From Zygnema circumcarinatum SAG 698-1b (Eukaryota > Plantae > Zygnematophyceae): 64,000 nucleotides of DNA. This document shows positions 27,401 through 38,800 of the stretch, piece by piece. The notes beneath the pieces were generated by a model. It worked only from the letters and a program-made list of their open reading frames with translations, did no database searches and had not been told where the DNA came from. Location of the stretch: assembly GCA_037447605.1 (NCBI GenBank), contig CM074806.1, positions 3,038,001 through 3,102,000 of the forward strand, in the 5' to 3' direction. The position numbers and the translations under genes were made by a program. How positions within the stretch are numbered: the first letter of the stretch is position 1; each line of letters begins with the position of its first letter.

Positions 27401-28129
27401 CCACTCGAAGAATTCCAGACCCGCTTCCCACTCCTTAATTTCTTTCAAAATTGCCATCATGTCCCACGCATTTAGAGTTCCCTTGAAACTTTCCAATTGG
27501 GCTTCCAAGCCTTTCGAGCAAGCTGACTTATCGTTCACGACTCGAAGGCAATTCACGACACGTCCTGGATATCTGAACAGGTTCGTGTTCCTTCTCAAAT
27601 GAGTTTGCTTCTGTGCTCTCAGTCCTTGTGCGTCCATGGAAATGCTCTTTTGGACGTCGGTGTCCGCTGAAGACTCCATATCTAAATTGAAATCAACGGC
27701 CTTCAACCTCCTGCTGCTTCTTCGGCTGCCATACAATGACTCTGACCTATTCGGTTCCGCAGTGACTGATAAAGTCGATGCTTCAATGTTTGCATTTGCA
27801 TCTTCAAAGGAGGTATGAGTTTCGTCCTCTGACTCGGCGACAGTGTCAAGGTTATTCAAACGAGCAGCTTGCAATTGGTTTCGTTCACGAAGGATGCTGC
27901 TGGAACTTGAAGCCGCCTCTCGGCGTGACTCCGATTCACCAGCAACTGCTTTGGTTGCGAGCAGTCCTCTAAAAGGGTTCCTATGCGTCGCCTTGTCTGT
28001 GTTAAAAAATTCGCCTCTTGATGCAATTAGAAAAGCAGTATTGGACGTCTGCGGGGCGCAAACACACTGCGTGCTGCATCCCTTCAGCAATGATATCGAC
28101 GCCTGGTTCCGGAGCAGAGAATGAGCCAT
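24438..28129 (-). CDS. P-type PPR protein with C-terminal SMR-like domain (SVR7/ATP4/SOT1-like), probably plastid-targeted
   Basis: Exons 28129-27389, 27157-26997 and 26790-24438. Contains tandem 35-aa PPR repeats (PEVIHYNLLL, PDKYTYSSLI, PDQVTYCTMM, NEVAYCTLISG, RDTSLYNNVL, DNVAFTALM). The C-terminal EWILHLKPLTTG..HWLKAL and LKALGSPF..GWVVASGEEVRTWL resemble the SVR7-type SMR (WSLHLKSLSLG..LKELNAPF..GWF). Confidence 0.9.
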
Positions 28130-29013
28130 TCGGTGAACTCTGCCTTCTTTGATGTCTGCCTTCTTTCAGCCAGTGCCCATGCGAATGAAGCACGGATAAT
28201 TGCAGCAATTCCAAGCAATTCAGCTCTGCAACAAAAGAAAATTGAGAAGTCGAGCAGCAAAAATCCCTGCGCTTCTTGCAAGTCAGCTGCAGGCAGGGGC
28301 TCAGGGATCGTAGCTTCAACAGTTCCGTGCTCAGCCTGTTCCGTTGCCCGTTACACAGCCTGTAACGTAACAAGTGTGGGCGGCACATGTGAGTGCGGCC
28401 ATTTCTGGAACTCGTGGTTTTCTCTTTCCTTCGTACGGTTTTTGTTTTTTTTTTCTCCGCTACATCTGGACAGCGAATAGGAACCTCCCACGTGGCTCAA
28501 TGAACGGCTCGCAATTCAAAACTCAACGGTTGGATCGCCTCCACGCTTCAACTTTTTTAGATTGGGCCGTACAGTTTTCAAAAAGCTGCCGGCAGAAAAC
28601 GGCTGGTCGTCAGAATTTCTGAATCAGAAATTCGTTGGCCGGCACGTTTCCGCGGGGACGCCTCCCTCGCGGCCGCCGGCCGTCAGCTTTTTTAAACGTT
28701 TAGAGCCCTTCGAACTGGCGGCTGCCGAGCAGGAGCCGTTGCTGGCCGCGACAGCAGGCAGAGATTCGTTCAAATTCAAAGCCTTGAAGGAGAGAGGCAT
28801 TTAGGGCCGCCTGCCAGACGACGTTCTCTTTTTGCAGGGCTTTTGCGTTTCTTCTGGCTGAATTGCAGGCAAGCAGGCAGACAGGCAGGCAGGCAGGCAG
28901 GCAGGAGGAGAGAAAGAAAGGAAGGGGATTGCCCTTCCTTTCGTTACGGAAGGGGATTGCTGGAAGTCGCTGTCGTTTTGAATTCCATTTGAAGTGAGAG
29001 AATTGCCAGGAAA
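28130..29013. promoter_or_regulatory. Bidirectional GC-rich promoter between PPR-SMR and MinE-like genes, with (CAGG)n tract at 28866-28905
   Basis: The two ATGs are head-to-head 885 bp apart. The interval has TGGGCC at ~28562, a GC-rich core and a (CAGG)n microsatellite. Confidence 0.55.
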
Positions 29014-30482
29014 ATGGCAGCAATCCAGGTAGCGATAGGTAGAAACATCTGGACCATTAGAAGCATCGACTCGGATATGATCTCAACGAGAATGCTGACG
29101 AGGAACTTCATTAAGGTATCTTGCCTCCTGATCGGTTTAACTGTGACAACTGTAATTGAATGAATAGGGCAATCTAATTTTACTCGCAGCATGTCAAGCT
29201 GATTCTTCATCACGTTTAAGTTCATAGAATATAAGCAGGCTTAAGTCTTGCATCTCCAAAATCCTCTTCGTTTGCTAACTGTCTGTTTGTGAACTGTTCT
29301 TGGACCAGATACAGTGCATTGGCAGATGTTCGTCCAGCAAATCTGTTGCTATTCGTGCACTTAAGTTACAATCCGCAGAAGGTGGGGTATCGAATGACAG
29401 TGATCGAACTGGAAGAAGTCTAGCAAGACAGCGAACAAACCTCGTCTACACGCCAGTTACCACAGGTGCTAATGCAACTTTGTGCCTGCAGTCTTCATTT
29501 CCTTCCAACTCGAAGGAAGGGCTTAAAGGGAGGGATTGTGAAGGTAGAATTCTCTAAGTGGATTATTGAGGTCCTCGTGTACTGAGAAAGCAAGTTATTC
29601 CTCCATAGGGTTTCTTCCAAACTTTCAGCCTGTGATGTATCGATTCTCCGTTGCACGAGGTGTGACTTGCAATAGGTACTTACTGGTTGTGTCGAATGGC
29701 GATTGACAGGGCGACGCTGGGAGGAGGAGCCGGAACTCAGTTTGGCCAAACGGCTTGCCAAAGCATGGAGTCTTTTTTGGAAAGTGCTGCTTCCACCGCC
29801 TCCAATCGTACTCTCGTACGTTTCTGTTTATCTTTACCCATGTTGTGGAATAACTAGCATTCACGGGGAACGATAGCACACCCAAGATTCTATAGAGGCT
29901 GCAGCCGGTTGGTGTATAAATTTCTTGAGACACCTCTTGTGATCAAAGCTGTTCGTCTGGTTTTCGAAAGTACTCGCACGCACGATGCCGCGCTGCCTTC
30001 CATCTAGCTGATGTTGTCGTGCATTGCTTTGTCTGTGAATTTTAACGAGTTTTGGATTGGTGATGTTTGCCTCCATTGACTTTTGATTAGTTGTCTTATA
30101 ATGTTTGCTCAGGAGTGCTGATTGCGCAAAGGAGCGCCTCAGACTTTTGCTTTTTTACGAGCGTGGAGAGATGCCAAAGGAGCTCGAGTGGAAGTTGCGG
30201 GAAACCATCGTGCATGCTATATCAGACTATGTTGAGATACGCACTGAGGGTGATGTTGGCTTAAACATATCTGCTGATACGTCCAATGGGACAGTGTTTT
30301 CAATAACTGTCCCTGTACGACGAGTGAAACCTCAATTTCAGGAATCGGGCTTTAAAGACAGACTTCAGCAAGTGTTCGGTGAAGACCAAGAAAGGCAAGA
30401 GAGGCTTTATCAAGCCCTGGAAGACAGGTTGTCTGTTACCGAATGGAGAGACGAGGCCTCTCCCAGTAGGGAAGAAGAGTGA
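29014..30482 (+). CDS. MINE1: MinE-like plastid division site topological specificity factor
   Basis: Exons 29014-29115, 29315-29465, 29710-29815 and 30113-30482 join in frame. They give ..LAKAWSLFW..SADCAKERLRLLLFYER..LRETIVHAISDYVEIRTEGDVGLNISAD..GTVFSITVPVRRVKPQFQE, matching plant MinE1 (AKQRLKMILFSDR..ALSDFVEIESE..VQLNVS..GTIYSVTVPVRRVKPEYQ). Confidence 0.88.
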
Positions 30483-31475
30483 ATTGCTGCCAGAGCATAG
30501 GACGAAAAGTAAATGGAACCTTGTCTCCACATTCCCTGCGTATTTGCTTGGCCAGAGGGCGCTTGCAGGAAAAATGCATACATAAGGTTGCTTGTAATTG
30601 GCATGTCCATCAGTACGTCTAGCATAGTTCACCTCGTCATGACGGAGTCTTATTTCCGGTTGCCATGCACTTGCGCAGCTGCCAGTACAAATATGCCAAA
30701 ATCGCTAATGTGCAAACGTTTGCACTGCTGTAAGAGATAGACTATTTGCATCTAGACATAGGATCTACGCATGGAGTAGTTACCACACTCAGCTCCCGAG
30801 CCAGCTATTCTGGTTAGGTGCATAACAGGCCAACTTAGAGTTGGCTTTAACTGATAGCTGTAGGGCAATGTTTGTCGCACGTGTGAGGGCTAGAATTAGA
30901 GAAGTGGTTCTGGCAGCCGTCTAAGTCAAAAATATCTTAATCGCACTTGAGCGATGTGAATCTGTGGCTGTTTAACTGCTGTATGGAAATTCTTCAGGGA
31001 AGGGAATTGACCGAACCTGTAAAGGAACGGTTCCACGCTGTTCAGGAAGACGATTAAAGGGAAATACGAGAGTAATAATAAGCCTTGTTCAGCTACGTTT
31101 TCTCTCCAGACGATAAAATTTTACATTTATGCCCTCTCGTGTGATGCTCTTTGACCATTCAGTGTCTGCGAATTCCAGTTGCAATTATTGTTTTCCCTCT
31201 CTCCATTTGCCTTTTGTGCTTTGCCTTCTGAATTGCCCGAGTTTAGCTTTTGGCCATGTAAGCTATTTTACGATTCCATGCCTGCATTGAAAGCTGGAGT
31301 GCGACTAAAGTGAGGTATGCAAGCCCTTTAAGGCTTACAGAATTATCAAAGTCGTGCTGTGTGATTGGGCTTTGCTTTATTGTGGGCCATTTGACAAGGT
31401 TAGCAGAGCTTATCCTTTTGAAGAGGCAGAGTAGAGGTGGTTCGGCTGGATAGATGGGAAAGGAACGGTGAGACG

Positions 31476-31790
31476 TTAAGGGAGAGGGCTATGGGTAAGG
31501 GAGGGGGGAAGGGGGGTGGGGAGGGGGATGAAAGGAAGGATGGAGGAGAGAGAGGGCGAGGGAGGGAGAGGAAGAGGGGGTGGATATAGGGATAGTGGCT
31601 GCGGATGGAGGGTGGAGGCTGAAGTTATAGAGTTAAAGGTAGTTGGAGAAGGAAAGGGAGAGGGAGACGAGGGGGGTGGGAGGGAGAATGACGGGGCGGA
31701 GGGATAAGTGTCTGAGGGAGAGGGAGGGGGAGGAGGGGAGAAAGGAGAAGCGGAGTTGGTAACGGCTGGGGAAAGGAGAGGCGCTGCCAA
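31476..31790. repeat. Polypurine (G/A-rich) low-complexity tract
   Basis: A run of GGA/GGG/AGG-rich sequence on the + strand. A complementary polypyrimidine tract is present at ~32120-32220. Confidence 0.8.
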
Positions 31791-32681
31791 GTGCCCCTAG
31801 AGACATGGGGCACGTACGTGTCCATACGTGGGTTGGAGCCAGGGATCTCTATTGAGGACTGAGCCGCGAAATTTAATATAAATGAGTTAATAAGCCTATC
31901 TATACAGTTGGTTAAAAAGATAATGAAGAATCGGATATAGAGTCTCTGTTGAAGAAGGGCGAGTGCTTGTTAGGCTTGTAGCCGCATCGCCTTTTGATTC
32001 TATTGCTGACAAGTTATGAGGAAATTGATTTACGCTTCTAGTTTCAACCTCAAATCCTTCAATCTCATGCGCCCTCTCTTCTCTCTAGCCATATACATCT
32101 GTCACTCCGATTCTCCCTGTTCCTTCACCTTCGCTTGTCCTGTCCTTTTATTGTCTCTCCTCTCTCCCCCCTTCCCCTCCTCTATCCCTCTCCCTCTGTC
32201 CTCTCTCCCTCCGTCCTTTCTCCTAGAGGGGGAGGGGGAGGGGGAGGGACTTGACTTTCGCACCACATATTTTTAACATGCTTTTGAAAGTATGGTGGAA
32301 GTTATGGAAGATGTGCCAATAGTTGATACTTCTTAGCCTTCTGTTTGTATGCCAAAAACGTCACGTTGAAGTAAATATCATGTTCGTGGTGAGGTTGGGC
32401 GATCCTAAGAATACGATTGTGCAAAGCCATGCGACAATAGAGCAAGGAACTAAGAAAGTAAACTTGGGGGGATCCCATTTGAGACCAGCAGGGCCAAAGA
32501 GAAAGATTTTACAAGACGCGTGGAGGTTTGTGTGCAGAGTGTGCGCACGAGCGAGAGAGCGGGAGCTCTCTCCCCTCCCACTGTCTCTCTCTCAGAGTTT
32601 GTGGAAGGATGTAAGAGGGAATCAGAATGCAGCGAGCGAGAAAAGGGAGAAGAGTGCTGAGGGAACGCCAGCCAAAGACCT

Positions 32682-32880
32682 AACACTAACCCTAACCTCA
32701 ATCCTACCGTAACTATAACTTTTCTCCTACTGTACCCCTAACTCAAACTATTTAACCCCATGCTTACTCAATGTTCAAACGACTAACCGTACGTAGACCT
32801 TAAGCGAAGTCCAAGCCCTAATCGTAGCCCTGACCTGACTCTAACCCAACCCTACACCGTACCAGAATCCTAGACCTCAC
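32682..32880 (+). repeat. Degenerate telomere-like (TAACCC/CCCTAA) tract
   Basis: ctaacactaaccctaacctcaatccta..cccctaactc..gccctaatc..ctctaacccaacccta, i.e. C/A-rich hexamer variants. Confidence 0.5.
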
Positions 32881-33009
32881 GCCTCCCTCACGCCTCCCTC
32901 TCCCTCCCTCCCTCCTCTGTGCCTCCAGTTCCAGCATCCAGGAGGAACGTTTTTTTTGTTCTCTTACGGGCAGCCGTCAACTGCTGCAGCCCGGAGCCGG
33001 CGACGAGCC

Positions 33010-33262
33010 GCCGGCCGTCAAGTGCGCCGGCCGCCGGCCGTCATGTGCGCCAGTCGCCGGCCGTCAAGTGCGCGAGTCGCCGGCCGTCAAGTGCGCCGGC
33101 CGCCGGCCGTCATGTGCGCCAGTCGCCGGCCGTCAAGTGCGCCAGTCGCCGGCCGTCAAGTGCGCCAGTCGCCGGCCGTCAAGTGCGCCGGCCGCCGGCC
33201 GTCATGTGCGCCAGTCGCCGGCCGTCAAGTGCGCCAGTCGCCGGCCGTCAAGTGCGCCTGCC
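33010..33262 (+). repeat. GC-rich minisatellite, 11 x 23 bp
   Basis: Consensus GCCGGCCGTCA(A/T)GTGCGCC(AGTC/GGCC), with exactly 11 in-register units. Confidence 0.97.
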
Positions 33263-33602
33263 GCCGGTCCGCCAGGTCCGTGCAGGTCCGCGGCCGGCGG
33301 CTGACAGCGACGGACGGAACGTACAAGATAAGGCATGCTCGCTAACCTGGCCGTACGAAAACTTAGGCCGGTAATTCTTGTCGCCTAGCGCTGATGGACG
33401 AGCTCGTATGGGGAAATCATTACTTCTCTGCGGATACTATGTACGAATTTCTGTCGTTATTTCTGTCGTATCGTGCGTACTTACCAGTTCCGGCGGTTGG
33501 CCAACTGTGCCAGTGCGGGCAGCCGGCACTTGGGGGATGGCGCGCTACGCGACAAATCCGACACCAGGCGGATGATATGATTGGTCAATCCCTAGCCGCC
33601 AA

Positions 33603-33639
33603 CGCAGGGTTGACCCGCGACACTCGGGTCAACCCTGCG
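33603..33639. repeat. Perfect 15-bp inverted repeat with 7-nt loop
   Basis: CGCAGGGTTGACCCG-cgacact-CGGGTCAACCCTGCG. Confidence 0.95.
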
Positions 33640-34312
33640 GAACTGCGGAAGCAGCGATACTGTACCTCGACCCGGTGGATCTGACCGCGGCTTCACCCCG
33701 AAAATGGACGTCACGAGGTGGATCCGTCGCAACCGCGGGGTGTAAAAATATCATTCAAATTTATTTCTTGCAGCGACGCACAATTTTTTCGAAACGAATT
33801 TTAGGGTGCGTTTCATGGTTCAACTTTCTTGATGTGGTTGAAGCTCCGGAGTTGGAAACTGAGGCGGAAAGTTTCACAGATCGGACCATTAGACAAACCA
33901 GTCGACTGGTTGGCAACCAGTGGTTGCGGACCGAAACAACCATTCGACTGGTTTGGAACCAGTGGCATCCACTGGTTCCAAACCATTTGGAACCAGTGGC
34001 ATCCACTGGTTCCAAACCATTCGACTGGTTGCCAACCAGTGGCATCCACTGGTTCCAAACCAGTCGACTGGTTGCCAACCAGTGGCATCCACTGGTTGGA
34101 AACTAGTCGACTGGTTGCGAACCAGTGGCGCAGGACTGAAACAACCATTCGACTGGTTCGACGACGCGACCTATAGCCACTCGCCACGTGGCCAAAGGCT
34201 AGTTCTGCGTGTTCCCACTAGACTAAGACTGTCGGTCGGTCCACATCCGGACCGAATCTCCTAAGGACCTTTGACAACGGCTAAGGACCGTACGGTGTAC
34301 AGTTCGGGGCTA

Positions 34313-35191
34313 CAGTCTAATCACGTTATAGTGACCGTGTCGGTCCCCACTAGGGATGGATTAGTTACGACTATATATTATATATTATATTATACAACTG
34401 TGACGACTAGATAACGGCTGATATATATTAATTTACAACGCCTTTACAACATGTACGGTCGGACGGCCGTACGGTCGAACGACTGTACGGTATTATGCGG
34501 TACGGATGCACGAGCAGACAGAGTGAACCAGACGGACGCATTTCGCAACGCCAACGCCAAAACGACCTAATTTTGGTATGGTATGACCGTACGAGTACGG
34601 TCGTACGGTCGATAATTGTTCAAAACGAGTGGGTATAATATATGTAATAAAGTGTTTTACTTTGTAATATATTACTATTTTTAAACCCGTTGTAAATTAT
34701 ATAATATATTCGGAATTTATAACGCGGGCCATCCCTAGTCCCCACACATTTGTGTCACTATATCGGTAATGACCCGTTTGTCATTTCACATTTATAGTAA
34801 CAATGTTATTACATATGTTTTTGCGGTATATCCGTACGACTTTGCTACCGTACATTGTACTTTTTGGGCAGTCATCACGTGGGTAGGTGTGTACGAACCC
34901 TAGTGAGCATGTGTACGGACAAGTGGATATGTACGGTCAAGTCGATATCTGACGATATTAGTCGATAGTGTGTACGGTCGTAATATATTTGTAACTCATA
35001 TTCCAATACGTGGGTGGATAATATCGACATTTTGAATATATAGTAACAATCAGGGTTTTTCAACGTCATTATATCCGTAATGGCGTCACTACTGGCGCAG
35101 GATCTGCAGTGGTGCAATTCCGTTCCCGGAAAAAAAGTCAGTTTATCCATGCTGTTCTTATAAACAGTGTCACTGTAACGTGATTAGACTG
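34313..35191. mobile_element. Tc1/mariner(pogo)-like non-autonomous element (MITE)
   Basis: 23-bp TIRs CAGTCTAATCACGTTATAGTGAC (34313-34335) and GTCACTGTAACGTGATTAGACTG (35169-35191) with one mismatch. TA flanks both sides (34311-34312 and 35192-35193). The interior is AT-rich and non-coding. Confidence 0.82.
34351..34737. mobile_element. hAT-family MITE nested in the Tc1/mariner-like element
   Basis: Termini TAGGGATGG / CCATCCCTA resemble the Ac/Ds TAGGGATGAAA end. An exact 8-bp TSD GTCCCCAC lies at 34343-34350 and 34738-34745. There is an internal inverted AATTTACAACG and many (C)CGTACGG subterminal motifs. Confidence 0.9.
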
Positions 35192-35711
35192 TATACCCCT
35201 ATTGTACACATCATTTTGGTGGGTTGCCAACCGTTGACAACTAGTGATTTAATGGTTGCCAACCATTTGATTTAATGGATATAACCATTCGACTGGTTGC
35301 CAACCAGTGCCGCCGGATCGAAACAACCATTCGACTGGTTGCCAACCAGTGGTTGCGGATCGAAACAACCATTCGACTGGTTGCCAACCAGTGGATGCCA
35401 CTGGTTGACAACCATTCGACTGGTTTGGAACCAGTGGATGCCACTGGTTGGCAACCAGTCGACTGGTTGCCAACCAGTAGACGTCCAACCATTGCCATCC
35501 AATGGTTGTCCAATGGTTGCCGATCCAATGGTCCGACCTGTGGAAAGTTTGCCAACCTCCTCCCAATGGTTGCCATATCAACCATTGGATGGCCAGCCAG
35601 CGTCCAATGGTTGGCCAATGTTGCCGATCCACTGGTTCAACCTGTGACCGCGTGATTTTACGTCAGCAAACGTTGAACCACCTCAGCAAAGTTGAATCAA
35701 GCTGATTTAAG

Positions 35712-35820
35712 CTGGGCCCTGAATCGGGGCCCATCGCTGCTGAGGCTGCACGCGCGCACCTGCAGGTCCCGTCGTCCGCGAGCAGCGCTGGAGCGGGCGG
35801 GGGAGCTGAATTAGGGTTTC
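35712..35820 (+). promoter_or_regulatory. Proximal promoter of the NOI/RIN4-like gene: paired site-II elements and a telobox
   Basis: TGGGCC at 35713-35718, GGCCCA at 35728-35733 and TAGGGTTT at 35812-35819, about 60-160 bp upstream of ATG 35877. Confidence 0.55.
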
Positions 35821-35876
35821 TTCTCCGCGCTCGCCCGCCGTAGACTCCAGCTCGAGCGGGTGGCAGAGGCGGGGGC

Positions 35877-38800
35877 ATGAAGGCGGTGAGTGATCTTGAA
35901 GCGGACTTTGTGTCGTGGCAGCCGCTTTGCTGCAGGAAACGTGCCATGCCAGCTGGCAGTGTACAACGGCAGTGCAGGGAATTCACAAAAAGCTGCATTC
36001 CGCCATTCTTCTGCCAGTTAGAGGCCATGCTGTGACAGCACTATGGGTCATGCAATGCATCTAGTTTCTGAGAGGCGAGCGATGCAGAAAGGGGAGGTGT
36101 CTCCAAAGTGGCGCTGCACAAAGAAGGAGAGAGAAAGAATGGGGTAGAAAAATTGAGGAAGGAGAGAACAGGAGATAGGGAAAGGGAAAGAGAGGGAGAG
36201 GAGGACTAGAGAAAACGAGAAAGGGAGGGATAGTGCGTGTCGATGAGAGGGAGAGAGTGGGACACGAGATAAGTGAGGTGGGAGAGAGAGATGCAGTAGC
36301 ATAGTTCGTTCTTTCTTGAAGGGGATATCTCATCTTCAGCTGCCAGTTCTTGCGGCTCCATGCGTTTTATACATGGAAGTTTTTTTTTGTTGGTTACGTC
36401 ATCTTTGTCAACTGCATGATCTCATGCTTATTCTACTTGTGGTGTTCCCTTGAGTCATTGGATGGCATTTTATTCCATCTTCATTTGTCTCTTTTCAGTT
36501 TCAACTAAGCTCGCTTTATTGCATGAGTTATGCACTCGTGTTAGGAACACATTCAAAGCGGGAGTCTTTTGTTGCCTTACATTTCAGACTCCAATTCCTC
36601 AGTTCGGAGAGTGGACCGACGATGCTTCCACCTTCACCAATGTATTCGAGAAGAAAAAGGCGGAGAAATTGAGTGTGGCAGGCGGAGTAGGCGGAGCTGA
36701 TCATCCCTCAGGCCCTGCTTCCGCTAGATCCAGCGGCTCATGGGGTGTAGACCAGAGGCAAGCCAATCTTGGAAAGCATTCATTTGATCCCTCTTCTGGA
36801 GCAAGGCAAAGCGGCTCACCCCCTCCTCCACATGGAGGGCCCATGTCGCCAGTCATTCCCAAGTTTGGAGAATGGCTGCAGTCTTCAGGGAGCTACACTG
36901 CTGAGTTTGAGGCTAATCTGAAAGAGGCCAAGGCAAGGTCAAAATTGTCTGCAGTTCTTGATAATCCAGAAATGAGGAAGCTTTTAACAGACGATGAGAT
37001 TGATTGGTTGAGGGGGCTTGACAATGCACCGGGCCAGAAGTTAAGCACCTTAAGCCGGGAAGGGTCTATGCCAGTTCCGGAGAGCAAGGAAGATTCGGAC
37101 GGCTCGGAAACTGCGAGAACAAGTCAATTGCTTGAAAACGACACAAAAGTGTCCTCGGCAGCAGTTAGCCAGTCAAGCACGCCTCGTGACGGCCGGAGCC
37201 TTGCCGGTGTGCCTGCAGGCGGTACATGGAGCTCCAGTTCTTCGCCTATTCACACGGCTGCGTCAAAGAAGCATGAGGGACAGGCAGTCGCCAGAGCAAG
37301 CTCAGCTACCTTTGAAGATGGAGGTTCAAAGGCCACAAAGGATGCAGCAATCGAGTTGGGGGGTCGTATGTCACAAGGTCGAGACGTGCAAACGTGCGAT
37401 GAGGAGATGAGAGCCGCATCTGAAGTCGATGGAGAGAAGCTGCAGATGAAGGGTGCGGCACAAGAAAACAACAGCAATCTCTCAGCAGAGGAGTTGGATA
37501 CGAGCCCTGCAGGGAGGTCCGGCTCTCTCGCCAAGCTGCCCAGGGGCTTCAGTATGGTTTCTAAGGTTGATGATGCGCGCACCCCCAGCGCTACTGCGAG
37601 TGGTGAGGCTGAGCATCAAGATGGGGGGGTTCCCCATTTTGGTGACTGGGGGACTAACACCGAATCTGAATCCTATACTGCTAAGTTTCAGCAGAAAAGA
37701 GCAGTACGGGCTTCAGGAGGGTCGTCTAAAGCGGGGACTACTGGCTCTCTAGCAGATGCCAAAGGGTCGCAGGATGAGAACGAGCACGTGGGAGAGAGTA
37801 GCCGTTCTCCTGAGGAGCAGTCAGACGACTCTGACACCGAAGAAGATGTCCAGCGGGAAGGAGAGGGAAGAACCATGGAGGAAGGTGCAAATATTGGAAG
37901 GAAAGAGAAAGGAAACAAGGAAGAAGAGGAGCAGGTAGTCCAAGGTCGACAAGAAAGCCGTGTGAAGCTCGGTGTTGTTGGTGGGGAACAGAAGGTGAGC
38001 AAACACATTGCCCTGCTTCAGAACTCTATAAATGTGCACAGCTCAGGCCGTTGGGAGTATGTGGACTTGAGCTTACATTCCATAGTATGAGTAGATTATT
38101 AAAAAAAAAAAAAGGGTTTCAGATATACACTTCTCGTGCCACAGCTACGTAGTAAATGTGGATTGGCGTCAAGATGTTCACTGTACTTTGGTTGTACTGA
38201 TTTGGTGCTGCGTTACTTAGCAAGGTATTGAGCGCACGTCTCCTTTAATGCCTTTCTCTGTCTGCTACCCACATTCTGCACCCAGTTTTGTGCATGACTT
38301 TTCCAGCTTGTTCGAAGTTATGATATCTTTTGTGGCAGACAGTTAGTGTGCATATTTGACATAATTGATTGTTACTGATTGCTTATGCACACTTTTTATT
38401 TGTAGCATAGGCTTCGTTGATATTGTAACTTAAAACCTCACTCTTCATCCCAACCGGCTTTGCCTAATGACAGATAGGGGCAGACCAGAAGCCCTTAGTC
38501 CATGTTGCACCCATGGGAAATTGGTCAACGAAAGAACGGTATACAACTATGTTTGAAGAAGCACGGAAAGATAGAAGAGAAAGGGGAAGTGTCGGAAAGG
38601 AGCCACCTGTGGGACCAAAGCGCGCAAGCACAACTGCCAGATCTTCGAAAGAGACTTCACAAAAGGTATGCGTTCCGAGACGGCCCCTTTTGGCAACACT
38701 AAGGGTCACAGTGTACCTCCGAACCTAATGCTTAGTAGGGATGCCTTAGTCTATAGCCTATAGTCGTCACCTTTGATTGAGATTGCGCATATGACCAGTG

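Larger units (their letters stand above)
33817..35698. mobile_element. Foldback-like element with palindromic subterminal satellite arms
   Basis: Inverted flank homologies: 33817-33843 vs 35672-35698 (21/27 identical by eye) and 33867-33890 vs 35527-35550. Both arms (33896-34158 and 35223-35637) are arrays of AACCAGTCGACTGGTT and AACCAGTGG-cat/atg-CCACTGGTT palindromes. No TSD or ORF was found. Confidence 0.6.

Noticed and set aside
34176-34203. Possible Helitron 3' end (GCCAC..GTGGC hairpin then CTAG|T)
   Set aside because: The stem is short, the spacing is atypical, and no matching 5' TC end could be defined.
33896-35500. CRISPR-like reading of the palindromic array (dyad repeats, linkers ending GAAAC)
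   Set aside because: The linkers are 3-14 bp and homologous to each other rather than unique 26-45-bp spacers. There are no cas genes and the context is spliceosomal and eukaryotic.
32919-35655. Many overlapping 100-150 aa ORFs on both strands (ASRRPSSAP.., TSRLVANQWHPLV..)
   Set aside because: They are translation artefacts of stop-poor tandem repeats, open in several frames at once, with no domain or splice support.
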